A stretch of DNA of 64,000 nt from Acidimicrobiia bacterium (GTDB lineage Bacteria; Actinomycetota; Acidimicrobiia; Acidimicrobiales; JANYDT01), in NCBI GenBank assembly GCA_031429095.1, contig JANOYY010000013.1, positions 13,719 to 77,718 of the forward strand, in the 5' to 3' direction. Below, in pieces: positions 1-9,595 of the stretch. Every line of letters begins with the position of its first letter. The first letter of the stretch is position 1. Both the position numbers and the translations under genes were made by a program. The notes under the pieces were generated by a model that was given only the letters and a program-made list of their open reading frames with translations, did no database searches and had not been told where the DNA came from.

Positions 1-706
1 CGACCGTGCCAGCACACCCATCCCAGGGGTTGAGGTTGCATTCGTAGTATCCGTCGTAGTGGCCGGCGGCGACGAAGCACAGGTCGATGGCCGCCGAGCC
101 GCCGCGCCGGACATCGCGTACCTGGGGGAGAAGCGTATGGAGAATGCCGCCCTGCCATTCCCGCATTTCTGGCTCGTATCCGAAGCCTGTGCCGATGAGG
201 GCATAGCCCAGATCATTGCAAGATCCGACATGTATTGCACTGCCGTTTCGCGTTGCTCCGCCGTCGCTATGTGCACTGAACAACATGTCGAGCATCGGTG
301 CTTTCACTGCGCCGACAACCGGTCGGCCCCGGTGCTCGATGCCAATCGACACCGACCAGAACGGATGCCGATAGAGATAGTTGGTTGTGCCATCAAGAGG
401 GTCGATGACCCAACGAAATCCGGTGGCGCTCTCGCGTTGTGCACCTTCCTCCCCGAGGAGGCCGTCGTCAGGCCGACTCGCCAAAATTGCGTCGACGATC
501 AGCTTCTCGGCACCACGGTCCATTTCGGTGACCATGTCGGTTCCGGTCGACTTGGTACCTACGGAAATGCGCTCCTGCGCGAAGCCGGAAAGCAGGAAGT
601 TTCCGGCGACCGTGGCGACCTCCTCGGCGAGTAAGCGAAGCTGTTGGAGTTCGATCGGGTCGGGCGTCGACGATTTGGACGAGTTTGCGGAACGCTTGGA
701 TGTCAT
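1..706 (-). CDS. Inositol monophosphatase family protein (SuhB/ImpA/CysQ-like); 3' end runs off the window
   Basis: Not in the ORF track because it leaves the window. My reverse-strand translation reads ...GFRWVIDPLDGTTNYLYRHPFW... and ...AAIDLCFVAAGHYDGYYECNLNPWDGCAG..., which are IMPase signature motifs. The ATG at 706-704 overlaps (ATGA) the stop of upstream ORF 703..1224. Confidence 0.8.
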   Translation of the reverse strand, partial: MTSKRSANSSKSSTPDPIELQQLRLLAEEVATVAGNFLLSGFAQERISVGTKSTGTDMVTEMDRGAEKLIVDAILASRPDDGLLGEEGAQRESATGFRWVIDPLDGTTNYLYRHPFWSVSIGIEHRGRPVVGAVKAPMLDMLFSAHSDGGATRNGSAIHVGSCNDLGYALIGTGFGYEPEMREWQGGILHTLLPQVRDVRRGGSAAIDLCFVAAGHYDGYYECNLNPWDGCAGTV

Positions 707-1224
707 TCGCCGGGTCCTGGTCTGCCACCAGTGTTTCCGAGGCGCACGGGCCCGACGTTCGGATCCACACTTCGCCATTCACCCATCGCCCGCAGTACCA
801 GAACGGCGAGAACGGCAGTTCCTCCTGCGACGAAAATCGCGCCGATCGAGGCGACAAGGGCTTTGGCCGTCTCGTGACCGGTCGGGTATTCGACCCGCGC
901 AAGGCTAAAGCCGATAAGACCACCGAGAACACCGCCAACCAGGATCGCAACGAAGGCCAGCACCCGAGCCAACTGCGAAGGAAGCGCGCTCAACTTCTGT
1001 GATGACGGCGCCGATGACGGCGCCGATGACGGCGCCGGGCCCGTGGGGGTGTAGCGAATCGTGCCGTCGGCACTTTCACGAGTGCCGCGTGGTCGCGATG
1101 GCCGTGGCTTGCCTGTCATGCCCGAAGTCCTTCCGACGGCGTCAACTGCTGTGCGTGCACCTTCATGAAAACTCCGAACCGTGATATCGGCGCCGCGGAC
1201 ACGGGCGGCTTCACGAACCGCCAA
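703..1224 (-). CDS. Hypothetical membrane protein with an APSS x3 repeat and two predicted TM segments
   Basis: ORF track 703..1224. Hydrophobic stretches LARVLAFVAILVGGVLGGLIGF and LVASIGAIFVAGGTAVLAVLVL. The stop is ATGA-coupled to the IMPase start. The true start may be the internal Met at 1119 (MTGKPRP...). Confidence 0.45.
   Translation of the reverse strand: MAVREAARVRGADITVRSFHEGARTAVDAVGRTSGMTGKPRPSRPRGTRESADGTIRYTPTGPAPSSAPSSAPSSQKLSALPSQLARVLAFVAILVGGVLGGLIGFSLARVEYPTGHETAKALVASIGAIFVAGGTAVLAVLVLRAMGEWRSVDPNVGPVRLGNTGGRPGPGE
1001..1036. repeat. Perfect 12-bp tandem repeat x3 (gatgacggcgcc)
   Basis: Read directly from the sequence. Encodes APSSAPSSAPSS in the minus-strand ORF 703..1224. 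Confidence 0.9.
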
Positions 1225-1301
1225 AGCATTTTCGCTGAAGTTCGCTCGTCACCCTCTTCACGGTAGCGGACCCCACTTCCTGGACGTGGCAACATCTTGG
1301 G

Positions 1302-1802
1302 GTGGGAAAGCTTCGACACTGGACCGTGGCAGGTGGAATCATCGAAGCAGACTCTCGAATCCTCCTCGTTGAAAACCTCCGCCGCAACGGAACGACCGAC
1401 TGGTCGACGCCGGGTGGGGTTGTCGAAACCGGCGAGCATGCTCTCGTTGGGCTCAGTCGCGAGGTCGAGGAGGAAACCGGACTGGTGGTCGAGAGCTGGA
1501 GCGATGCGCTCTACCGGGTGACGACCATCGCTCCTGACATGGGTTGGCATCTTGACGTGGTCGTCCATCAGGCTCTCACCTGGGGCGGTCAGCTCCGAGT
1601 CGGTGCCGATCCCGACGGCATTGTCATTGGGGCCGAGTTCTGTGAACACCATGTGGTGGCGAATTACCTCGACACCACCTCGCGGTGGGTCCGTGAGCCC
1701 ATGCTTTCGTGGATGACCGACCGTTGGACCCTGCCGCAGATCTTCCGTTACCAACTCGATGGGTCCGACCGGGCGACGGCCTCTGTCTTGCGACTTGAAT
1801 GA
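1302..1802 (+). CDS. NUDIX hydrolase (MutT-like)
   Basis: Nudix box GGVVETGEHALVGLSREVEEETGL (GX5EX7REVXEETG). GTG start. The stop overlaps the dinB ATG (ATGA at 1799-1802). Confidence 0.85.
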   Translation: MGKLRHWTVAGGIIEADSRILLVENLRRNGTTDWSTPGGVVETGEHALVGLSREVEEETGLVVESWSDALYRVTTIAPDMGWHLDVVVHQALTWGGQLRVGADPDGIVIGAEFCEHHVVANYLDTTSRWVREPMLSWMTDRWTLPQIFRYQLDGSDRATASVLRLE

Positions 1803-3289
1803 CCGGACCAACTGGCACAGCGCGAACGAGTCCGCGTCGGCGCAGCATCTTGCATGTGGACATGGACGCGTTCTATGTCGCCGTTGAGACCCTTGTCGAC
1901 CCAAGTCTGAAAGGCAAACCGGTCATCGTGGGCGGCGCCGGTGCTCGGGGTGTTGTGGCGAGTTGCAGCTACGAGGCACGAGCGTTTGGCGTTCGATCAG
2001 CGATGGCCTCCTTGCGGGCGAGGCAGTTATGTCCGCAGGCCATCTTTCTTCGCGGAAACCACGCGCTCTACGGCGAATACAGCGAACTCATTCACGAGGT
2101 CTTGCGTTCGTTCACGCCGCACATCGAACCAATCGCGCTCGACGAGGCCTTCCTGGATTTAACGGGAGCGAAACGCTTGTTTGGATCGGGTGCGCAAGCC
2201 GCGGTTTCCATTCGAGAAGCGGTGTTGGCCCAAACGAATCTGACCTGCTCCGTCGGCGTGGCCCACAACAAACTTCTCGCCAAGTTGGCCTCCAAGGAAG
2301 CCAAGCCACCTATCGTCGCAACGAACCAGGCCCGCATCGAGCCTACTGCGACAGTGGCCCGAACGATCCCTGGCAGTCGGCGATCAGGTCCAGGCGTGCT
2401 GGAAGTCATTTTCGGGGAGGAACTTGTGTTTCTGGCCCAACTCCCCGTCCGCGCGCTCTGGGGCGTTGGGCCGAAGACCTTCGAACGACTGCAGCGATTT
2501 GGAGTCTGGACCATCGCGGACCTTGCCGCGCTTCGTGTCGAGACGCTGACGCGCGCGCTCGGTGAATCGGCGGGTCGCCATCTCCATTCTTTGGCGAATG
2601 GGATCGATGATCGTCCGGTCGAGTCGGATCGGTCGGCGAAATCGATCGGCCATGAAGAAACGTTCGCTGAGGATCATTTTGACGCCGCATTCCTGGAGAC
2701 CGAACTCGTTCGTATGAGCGACGCAGTGTCATCGCGCATGCGCCAGGCCGGGGTTCGTGGACGCACCGTCCAGCTGAAGCTTAAGACCGCCGACTTTCGA
2801 ATCTTGACCCGCTCACGGACATTGCGGCAGGCCATCGATACTGCACGGCCGATGCGCGAAATTGCGCAGGCCCTTCTCCACGCTCCCGACATCCGTTCCG
2901 AGATCACTGATGTGGGCGTCCGTCTGATCGGCGTCTCCATGTCCAACTTGGCGTTGCGCGAGACCGACCAGGCACCGTGGGTTCTACCCGACCCTGACCT
3001 GAGGGAAGCGGTTGCGCAACAATTAGACTTCTTCTCGATCGATCCCGGGTCATCAGGGGCAACGGCTCACCACAGCGATTCGGACGATTCTCCAGGGGTC
3101 GGGATCGAAACGGCTTCCGACGTGGCACTCGCCGGTACCGTCGACGCCATCCGGGCCCGCTTTGGCCAACAAGCGGTTGGGTCGGCCGCCCTGGCGGGGC
3201 GAAAAGGTCTTCGGGTGAAGGTCAATGGCGACACCCAATGGGGGCCAAGCGGCTCCGAATCAGACGACGTGCGATCGAAAGATTTCTAA
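1799..3289 (+). CDS. dinB: DNA polymerase IV (Y-family translesion polymerase) with an extended C-terminal tail
   Basis: ILHVDMDAFYVAVE, SYEARAFGVRSAM, IEPIALDEAFLDLTG and SVGVAHNKLLAKLAS are typical DinB motifs. QLDFF clamp-binding-like motif at 3020-3034. Confidence 0.92.
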   Translation: MTGPTGTARTSPRRRSILHVDMDAFYVAVETLVDPSLKGKPVIVGGAGARGVVASCSYEARAFGVRSAMASLRARQLCPQAIFLRGNHALYGEYSELIHEVLRSFTPHIEPIALDEAFLDLTGAKRLFGSGAQAAVSIREAVLAQTNLTCSVGVAHNKLLAKLASKEAKPPIVATNQARIEPTATVARTIPGSRRSGPGVLEVIFGEELVFLAQLPVRALWGVGPKTFERLQRFGVWTIADLAALRVETLTRALGESAGRHLHSLANGIDDRPVESDRSAKSIGHEETFAEDHFDAAFLETELVRMSDAVSSRMRQAGVRGRTVQLKLKTADFRILTRSRTLRQAIDTARPMREIAQALLHAPDIRSEITDVGVRLIGVSMSNLALRETDQAPWVLPDPDLREAVAQQLDFFSIDPGSSGATAHHSDSDDSPGVGIETASDVALAGTVDAIRARFGQQAVGSAALAGRKGLRVKVNGDTQWGPSGSESDDVRSKDF

Positions 3290-3345
3290 AATTCCATGCT
3301 GGAACGTCCTCGCACATTGGCGTTGAGTTATGCGATGATGACAGG

Positions 3346-3633
3346 GTGCCGTTGTCAGACGAGGAAGAGCGAGTTCTAGCTGAACTTGAGGCTCAGTTGG
3401 CCTCCGATCACGTCGCGAACCGAATCCGGGACAATTCTGCTCCACGGGCGGCGTCGACGGTTGCGCCGGCTCTGCTCTCCGTAGGTTGTCTGTTGGTCAC
3501 CGTGCTCGGGTTTGTTGTTCACGTCGCCGTTGCCGTTCTGGGCTTCGTTGGTTTGGTGGCCTCACTGGTAACGCTCGTCAAAGCGCTCCTGGCCCGCTAC
3601 GTCGACGATTCTGACCACATTCGCTATTACTAG
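3346..3633 (+). CDS. DUF3040-like small membrane protein
   Basis: In frame with ORF 3238..3633. GTG at 3346 gives VPLSDEEERVLAELEAQLASD followed by one or two hydrophobic segments, the typical DUF3040 layout. Confidence 0.6.
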   Translation: MPLSDEEERVLAELEAQLASDHVANRIRDNSAPRAASTVAPALLSVGCLLVTVLGFVVHVAVAVLGFVGLVASLVTLVKALLARYVDDSDHIRYY

Positions 3634-3661
3634 CTGTCGGTCGGGCAACCGACTCACCTAG

Positions 3662-5920
3662 CTACGAAACGTCGGCTGGCATCATTTGTTCCTGAGCGGC
3701 GCGTAAGGCGTCGTTGCTTAGTGATTCTTCAAGCCCCTGGGCTTTCTCCGTTGCATTCGCAATGGTTGGTCCGTCAACCGTGCCGGGCGGGGCAAAGCGT
3801 GACGCAGTGACCACGCTCGCTATTGCTTCGAGGCAACGTTGCTTGGCCGGAGCAAGGAACAGTGATGCCCATCGACAAACGTCGCGCGGGGTATTCACCG
3901 AGGTCTGCGGGTGGGGAAGCGGTTGGCATTCGCCGAGTCGCTTCACAAGCTGCGACCAGGCCCATTCGAGTTCTCGACGATCTATCGGCACTCCGTCGAG
4001 CAACAACCGACGGTGGCGTTCGATGCGTCGTCGCTGTATCTGCGCAGGGCGAAACAACCAAACAACAGGGAGCGCAGTCACAAGGACGATCGCAAGGAAA
4101 AGAACGCCCATCCAGAGACGTTTTCCTGCATTTGGTTTCACTGGGTCAACAACGCGTTCCGCGGCGGCCATCGTCGACGTCGGGGCCAGCGGTGCCAGGG
4201 TCGTGGTTGGGGGCAGTTCCGAAGGCGTGAGGTCACCAGCGAGGAGTCCCCGGCCGGGGGTGGGTTCAAACGGGACCCAGCCAGCCTCGGCCACGAGGAT
4301 CTCGGGCCATGCATGCGCGTTTTCTCCGGTGATGACGAACGAACCGTCAGCCTGCGACGTTCCCGTGGTGAAACCCACGGCCACCCGTGCGGGAATACCC
4401 ACCGATCGAGCCATCGCCGCAAAGGAACCTGCGAACTGTTCGCAGTATCCTGTTCGGTCGTTCAAGATGAAGGTGTCGAGTGGATTCGCACCTGACCATG
4501 TTTTGTCCGTCGAGTACGTGAAGTTTTCGAGGAAGAAGTTCTCCAGCAGCCGGGCCTGTGCGATGACGTCGTCGGGCTCGGGAGCCACGATTTCGAAAGC
4601 CAGGTCGCGGACCTCCTTCGAAACGCTGTCGGGAACCGTCGTCATCTGCTCCGTAAGGTCGTCAACGCGTCGAGGGGCAGCGGAAGCGGGAACGGCTGGA
4701 ACGACGGAGTCGATCTGGTAGGTCAGCGTGCGGGTGGTGTTGCTGCTGACGATCAGGCTTGCGGTGGTCGGGTCAACACTCACCCGGGCACCGCGGGGTG
4801 CCTTCACCAGCCGCGTGGGTTGAAAGGCGGCGGGGAGCCACGAGTCGACGAGCCCGTCGATGGTTACGGTTTGGCGCACGGCGATTGCACCGACCGACGA
4901 TGGCTGGTCGTTGGGCACCTCGTCGCCCTCATCGAGACGCGCATATCTCCGGGCGGATTGTGACCAGGTTGTTCCATCGAAGCGATCGAGCGCGGCCTGA
5001 CGCCAGTAGGCGCGGACGGGGAGACCCGACTCGTCTCGGGCGTCGACGTGAAACATCGGCGTGGTGGCGAGATCGACGAGTCGTTTTCGCAACGAGATCG
5101 TCGGGCTTTCGAGTTGTCGAACCTTCGACACACCCGAACGCCAGTCGACGCGGCGGGTGAGTGGTCCCTGCCCGAGCTGACTCGACAACACGGTCGAGAG
5201 ACCGACGAGGATGATCATGAAAGCCACCATCGCGGCAACGGCGCGCAATCCCTTCGGGCCGCGTCCGTTCAGCCATCGCGTTCGGCGGCGACGCTTTCGA
5301 TCGGCATCGGCGATTACGTGGGCTCCTGCCGCGAGGACGAATGCAATTGCCCATCGACGCGATGATGACGAACCCCCTTGGCCGAGCGACAGGGCCGTGC
5401 TGACCGCAAGGATCGCTGCCGGGGGAACCAACGATTCGAAAATACCCTGCACTTCGAAAGTAAGGATGTGAGCGATGATGAGCAAGAGCCCGATGAGTAC
5501 AAGCGCAATCGCCGAGAACCCGAAGAGGGCCAGCGCTGGTGACTTGATTCGATCAACGTCGGCGAGGGCGTCTTGTGCGGAGAGCAACGCGTAGCGCAAC
5601 CACGGCTGATCGGCGTTCGATGCGACCTCTCCCGAGGCAACCGCGGCCGCGATGTCGGCTTTTGCCATGTTGCGGATCGTCAAGCCAAGTGCCACGGCTG
5701 TCAACGGAGGCAGAAACGCCCAGTGGATGCGAAACGCCCGAAAAATGGCGCCGCCTGCAGCGAGCAGGACCGTAAACCACCAGAGGCGATTCAAGAGGAC
5801 CGTCCGCTGGGGGGAATCTATGAAGACATCTCGAATGGGCTGCCACGCAAGGAGCCCAATGACCCAAAAGGTCAGTGTGCCGGGGACGTTGACACGTTCG
5901 GTCAGGGTTGGCGAACTCAT
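3662..5920 (-). CDS. Transglutaminase-like membrane protein (TgpA-like; DUF3488 N-terminus, TGase core, DUF4129-like tail)
   Basis: TGase core GYCEQFAGSFAAMARSVGIPARVAVGF...NAHAWPE with a multi-TM N-terminus. I place the start at the ATG at 5920 (MSSPTLTER...), which overlaps (ATGA) the stop of the DUF58 gene. The track ORF extends to 6271. Confidence 0.85.
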   Translation of the reverse strand: MSSPTLTERVNVPGTLTFWVIGLLAWQPIRDVFIDSPQRTVLLNRLWWFTVLLAAGGAIFRAFRIHWAFLPPLTAVALGLTIRNMAKADIAAAVASGEVASNADQPWLRYALLSAQDALADVDRIKSPALALFGFSAIALVLIGLLLIIAHILTFEVQGIFESLVPPAAILAVSTALSLGQGGSSSSRRWAIAFVLAAGAHVIADADRKRRRRTRWLNGRGPKGLRAVAAMVAFMIILVGLSTVLSSQLGQGPLTRRVDWRSGVSKVRQLESPTISLRKRLVDLATTPMFHVDARDESGLPVRAYWRQAALDRFDGTTWSQSARRYARLDEGDEVPNDQPSSVGAIAVRQTVTIDGLVDSWLPAAFQPTRLVKAPRGARVSVDPTTASLIVSSNTTRTLTYQIDSVVPAVPASAAPRRVDDLTEQMTTVPDSVSKEVRDLAFEIVAPEPDDVIAQARLLENFFLENFTYSTDKTWSGANPLDTFILNDRTGYCEQFAGSFAAMARSVGIPARVAVGFTTGTSQADGSFVITGENAHAWPEILVAEAGWVPFEPTPGRGLLAGDLTPSELPPTTTLAPLAPTSTMAAAERVVDPVKPNAGKRLWMGVLFLAIVLVTALPVVWLFRPAQIQRRRIERHRRLLLDGVPIDRRELEWAWSQLVKRLGECQPLPHPQTSVNTPRDVCRWASLFLAPAKQRCLEAIASVVTASRFAPPGTVDGPTIANATEKAQGLEESLSNDALRAAQEQMMPADVS

Positions 5921-7122
5921 TTGGTCGCCAGGAGACGCGCGAGATCCGGGAGCGCTTCGATCTCGTAAACGCCACTGCGCGCGCTCGCGCCATCGCGACT
6001 GTCGAGGCCGCTCCCATCGTGGCGGGCGATTTGTGGGACGGTCCGCCCGCAGCGCAGCGTGACTCGACTCGTTCGAACGCTTTGCGGTCCGGTGATCAAG
6101 ATCGTTCCCGCGTTCGACGCTGTCTCCGTAGAGTGTCCGCAGTCGCGATTCAGTTCGAGGGTGTGCTCCAACGACTCCAACGACTCCAACACAGCGAGCG
6201 CAGCTGCGTTTTGATGGGCGTTGTCGCTGCGATGCACAACGCGTGATCCGGCGATGATTTCGAGAACGCAATGCGTCTCGCTTCGACCGAGATGGTCGCG
6301 TTCTTGATTGGCGAGTTCATTCACGATGCTTGCGGCGACACTTACTGCCGTCTCGCGAATTCCTTCGGGAAGCTTGACATCCCAGTCGGTGGGCGGGAGG
6401 CTCTCGACGTCCAGTTGAACCCGTATTTCGGCTTGGCCGCCGCGTGGCCGGACATCGGCAACGATGAGCGTTCCCGAACTCATAGTACGTGCACTTGCTT
6501 TCCAGTTCACGCGCCGGGGATCGTCGCCGGGGACGTACGCGCGCATGTCACCAGGCTCGGCGTCTTCGGAAAGGCCGGTCGCCTGAACGCCGAGCAGTTC
6601 GAGGAGGCGCTCGGGTTCGAAACGGGTCACCTGCGGCAGCACCAGGAGCTCACTGGTCGCGAGGTCTGCGAAGCGCCTTCGAAACAATGAAAACAGGTCG
6701 TGTCGAACGATTACACCTGGACCAGCATGCAAAACGCCACGAGCGGTGGTGGCCACCTGCCAGCTGATTCGCAGCGGGTCCTTCTGCGCGTAGGTTGCGG
6801 ACAACCCCAGTCCGCGCGTGCCCCACGGTGTCGGTTCGAACAGCGTCAAGGTGGGTGCAAACGCCCGATTCGGTACAGCGATGATCTCAACGAAAACCGA
6901 TTCTCCGACCTGCGGGGTTGCGGGCAGCAGCACGCGCTCGATGTTCCAACTCTTGCGCCCACCGGTAAAGACACTGAGAAAACCGAGGACCAGGAGTGTC
7001 GCAATGCCCACAGAGAAGGCAAACAGTGCAAACACACCCAACATCGCTCCGGCCCAGGCGGACCCCGCTGCAGCGAGTGCCAGAAGCACTGCCTTCGGGG
7101 TCGGAAGGACGGTGGGGCGCAT
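5917..7122 (-). CDS. DUF58 domain protein (vWA-like partner of MoxR)
   Basis: MRAYVPGDDPRRVNWKASART motif and an N-terminal double TM segment. Start taken as Met31 of track ORF 5917..7212 to avoid overlap with moxR. Confidence 0.8.
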   Translation of the reverse strand: MRPTVLPTPKAVLLALAAAGSAWAGAMLGVFALFAFSVGIATLLVLGFLSVFTGGRKSWNIERVLLPATPQVGESVFVEIIAVPNRAFAPTLTLFEPTPWGTRGLGLSATYAQKDPLRISWQVATTARGVLHAGPGVIVRHDLFSLFRRRFADLATSELLVLPQVTRFEPERLLELLGVQATGLSEDAEPGDMRAYVPGDDPRRVNWKASARTMSSGTLIVADVRPRGGQAEIRVQLDVESLPPTDWDVKLPEGIRETAVSVAASIVNELANQERDHLGRSETHCVLEIIAGSRVVHRSDNAHQNAAALAVLESLESLEHTLELNRDCGHSTETASNAGTILITGPQSVRTSRVTLRCGRTVPQIARHDGSGLDSRDGASARSGVYEIEALPDLARLLATK

Positions 7123-7156
7123 CAGAAGGCCCGTTTCGGTGGCGTCTCGGGACTGG

Positions 7157-8206
7157 TCACGAGCCGGCACGGGTTCCGGGTATCGACACAGTCTGAAGCA
7201 CCCCGGTAACAATCGCAGCAGATGACGCCCGACTCCAACGCGACGCCCCCTTCACAAGAATCCGATGATCGAGTACCCGGTGTGCGACGTCGCGAACGTC
7301 GTCGGGAGTCGCAAAGCTACGTGCACGTAGGAGCGCTTGCGCACGGCTGGCCCGTAGGAGCGCGAGGGCTCCTCGAGGGGATGCGCCAAGTGCAGCGTTT
7401 GAATGATCGCGTGTTGCCCGTACGAGATCGGCGACGTAGCCGATGAGCGCTGGGGCAACATAAATGGAGGCGCACAATTCGGTGAGCGCCGCCATATCGG
7501 CAGGCGAAACGATCGGGCGCAGTTTGGGAAGCGTGAACTCGGCGCCGCCTCCCTGAAGGAGGGCGACCTCTGACGCGCGGCTTGGATAGCCGATGGCCGT
7601 GCGCATAAGGAATCGGTCAATCTGGCTTTCCGGCAGGTTGTACGTGCCGTCTTGTTCGAATGGGTTCTGGGTCGCAATCACCATGAAGGGTCGAGCAAGC
7701 CGGTAGGTGTTTCCGTCGACGGAAACCGACCGTTCCTCCATAGCCTCGAGCAGCGCGGACTGAGTCTTCGCCGGGCCACGATTGAGTTCGTCACAGACAA
7801 CGATGTTGGAAAAGATCGGACCGGGCCGAAAGGAGAAACTCTCCTTCGACGGCTGCCAAATCGAGACACCGGTGATGTCGGCCGGGAGGAGGTCTGGCGT
7901 GAACTGCACTCGAGAAGCAACGCCGCCGATGGTCGCGGCGATTGATTTCGCAAGAAGGGTCTTGCCGACGCCGGGAACGTCGTCGAGCAGGAGGTGGCCT
8001 TCGGCAAGGACGCACAGAACAGCGGTCTCAATGACGTCGACCTTGCCTTCGAGCGCCGTCGCGATTTCGGATACGAGCGCATCGAGGAGCGGGGCGGCCC
8101 CGTCGACACCCACTCTTGTCCGTTCGGAGGCTCCTATTTCGCTCCGGTCGTTCACACCAGCCTCCAAAGCTGTTTCGGTTTCGTTTCGAGTCCGCCACGT
8201 TCGCAT
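7157..8206 (-). CDS. MoxR-family AAA+ ATPase
   Basis: Walker A DDVPGVGKT, Walker B VVCDELNR, and VIATQNPFEQDGTYNLPESQIDRF. Confidence 0.9.
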   Translation of the reverse strand: MRTWRTRNETETALEAGVNDRSEIGASERTRVGVDGAAPLLDALVSEIATALEGKVDVIETAVLCVLAEGHLLLDDVPGVGKTLLAKSIAATIGGVASRVQFTPDLLPADITGVSIWQPSKESFSFRPGPIFSNIVVCDELNRGPAKTQSALLEAMEERSVSVDGNTYRLARPFMVIATQNPFEQDGTYNLPESQIDRFLMRTAIGYPSRASEVALLQGGGAEFTLPKLRPIVSPADMAALTELCASIYVAPALIGYVADLVRATRDHSNAALGASPRGALALLRASRAQALLRARSFATPDDVRDVAHRVLDHRILVKGASRWSRASSAAIVTGVLQTVSIPGTRAGS

Positions 8207-8325
8207 TTCCCCACGACGTAAGGGTAGGCGCAGTCGAACGACCTGCGGTTTTTTGCGGCCTCCGGTTGCCGCCCGAAGACGGTGGGCCTTCCCGCCGGGG
8301 TACGATTCCTCACGTCGTGTCGGAG

Positions 8326-9588
8326 ATGGGCAAGAATGACGTCATGGAAATGGCATACCCGCCCGAGGCCGACGAGTTCCGGGCCACGGTCAAGTCGTTC
8401 CTCCTGAACAGTCTTCCCGCCGAATTTGGCGGCGTCGGAACGCTCGAAGGTGAGGAACTGGAGAACTTCGTCAGGTCATGGCGAAAGACGCTCTATGAGA
8501 ACGGGTACCTGGCCCCGAACTGGCCGAAACAGTTTGGGGGTGGTGGGCTGTCCGCCCTTGAGGAAGTGGTCGTCGCCGAGGAGTTCTGTAAGGCGGGCGT
8601 TCCCGGTGGGGGACCCAACGACGGGTTCGGTATTGCAATGTTGGGAAACACGCTCCTGCGGATGGGCACGGAAGACCAGAAGAAGCACTACCTGCCCCGT
8701 ATCTTGTCTGGCGAGGACACATGGTGTCAGGGGTACTCCGAACCGGATGCGGGATCTGACTTGGGCAATCTCGGAACGCGGGCGGTACTCGACGGCGACG
8801 AGTGGGTCGTCAACGGTCAAAAGATTTGGACGTCGGCCGGGCATCTCGCTGATCACATTTTCGTGTTGTGTCGATCTGATGCCGACGCACCCAAGCACAA
8901 GGGGATCTCGTTCCTTCTTTGCGACATGCGCCAGCCCGGCGTCGAAGTTCGGCCGATCAAGATGATCTCGGGCCAAAGCGAGTTCAACGAGGTTTTCTTC
9001 ACCGATGCCCGCGTTCCGAAAGAGAACGTGGTGGGCGGCGTCAACAACGGCTGGGCCGTCGCCATGACCCTGTTGGGATTCGAGCGAGGCGAGGCGGCCG
9101 CAACGCTGCCTATTCGCTACATGGCCGATTGGGATCGCCTGGTCGCATTAGCCCGCGACTATGGAGTTACCGGCGACGCAACGATGCGTCAGCGCCTCGC
9201 GTGGACGTACTCCAAGGTGCGCATCATGGACTTCAACGGCAAGCGTGTGCTTACGAAGTTCCTGCAGGGCCACCATCCCGGTCCCGATGCGGCAATCGGA
9301 AAGCTCTACTGGTCGGAGTTCCACAAGCTCGAAACCGAACTTGCTCTGGACATTCTCGGTGCCCACGCCATGGTGCCGAGCGGTCGACCCCCATCGTCAT
9401 CGTTCCAGGTCGATGATTCGGCGGCGCCCAACACGACTGCCTCGTGGGTGGGGACGTTCCTCAATGCTCGGGCCGGAACCATCTATGCAGGTTCGAGCGA
9501 AGTGCAGCGAAACATCATCGGGGAGCAGGTGCTCGGCCTGCCCAAAGAGCCTCGCGCCGACGCGGGACCCTGGAACCAGAAGAAATAG
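8326..9588 (+). CDS. Acyl-CoA dehydrogenase
   Basis: WCQGYSEPDAGSDL, KIWTSAGHLAD and IYAGSSEVQRNIIGE motifs. The track ORF starts at 8116, but its N-terminus looks non-coding. In-frame ATGs at 8326, 8344 and 8350 are the plausible starts. Confidence 0.85.
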   Translation: MGKNDVMEMAYPPEADEFRATVKSFLLNSLPAEFGGVGTLEGEELENFVRSWRKTLYENGYLAPNWPKQFGGGGLSALEEVVVAEEFCKAGVPGGGPNDGFGIAMLGNTLLRMGTEDQKKHYLPRILSGEDTWCQGYSEPDAGSDLGNLGTRAVLDGDEWVVNGQKIWTSAGHLADHIFVLCRSDADAPKHKGISFLLCDMRQPGVEVRPIKMISGQSEFNEVFFTDARVPKENVVGGVNNGWAVAMTLLGFERGEAAATLPIRYMADWDRLVALARDYGVTGDATMRQRLAWTYSKVRIMDFNGKRVLTKFLQGHHPGPDAAIGKLYWSEFHKLETELALDILGAHAMVPSGRPPSSSFQVDDSAAPNTTASWVGTFLNARAGTIYAGSSEVQRNIIGEQVLGLPKEPRADAGPWNQKK

Positions 9589-9595
9589 CCAGTTC

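Noticed and set aside
59-634. Plus-strand ORFs 59..634 and 381..908 from the track
   Set aside because: They are antisense or out of frame to a clear IMPase reading frame on the minus strand (WVIDPLDGTTNY, WD..AG motifs). Their translations are Cys/Arg-rich with no motifs.
3636-3653. Hairpin gtcggt-cgggca-accgac between the convergent DUF3040 and transglutaminase genes
   Set aside because: It has only a 6-bp stem and no U-tract on either side. That is too weak to call an intrinsic terminator.
5921-6271. N-terminal 117 codons of track ORF 3662..6271
   Set aside because: They overlap the DUF58 gene and are extremely Arg-rich. The ATG at 5920 with an ATGA overlap gives a sensible TM-rich start.
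8116-8325. N-terminal extension of the acyl-CoA dehydrogenase ORF
   Set aside because: It overlaps the moxR start region on the other strand, and the sequence (MSVRRLLFRSGRSHQ...) is not ACAD-like. In-frame ATGs at 8326-8350 give a normal ACAD N-terminus.
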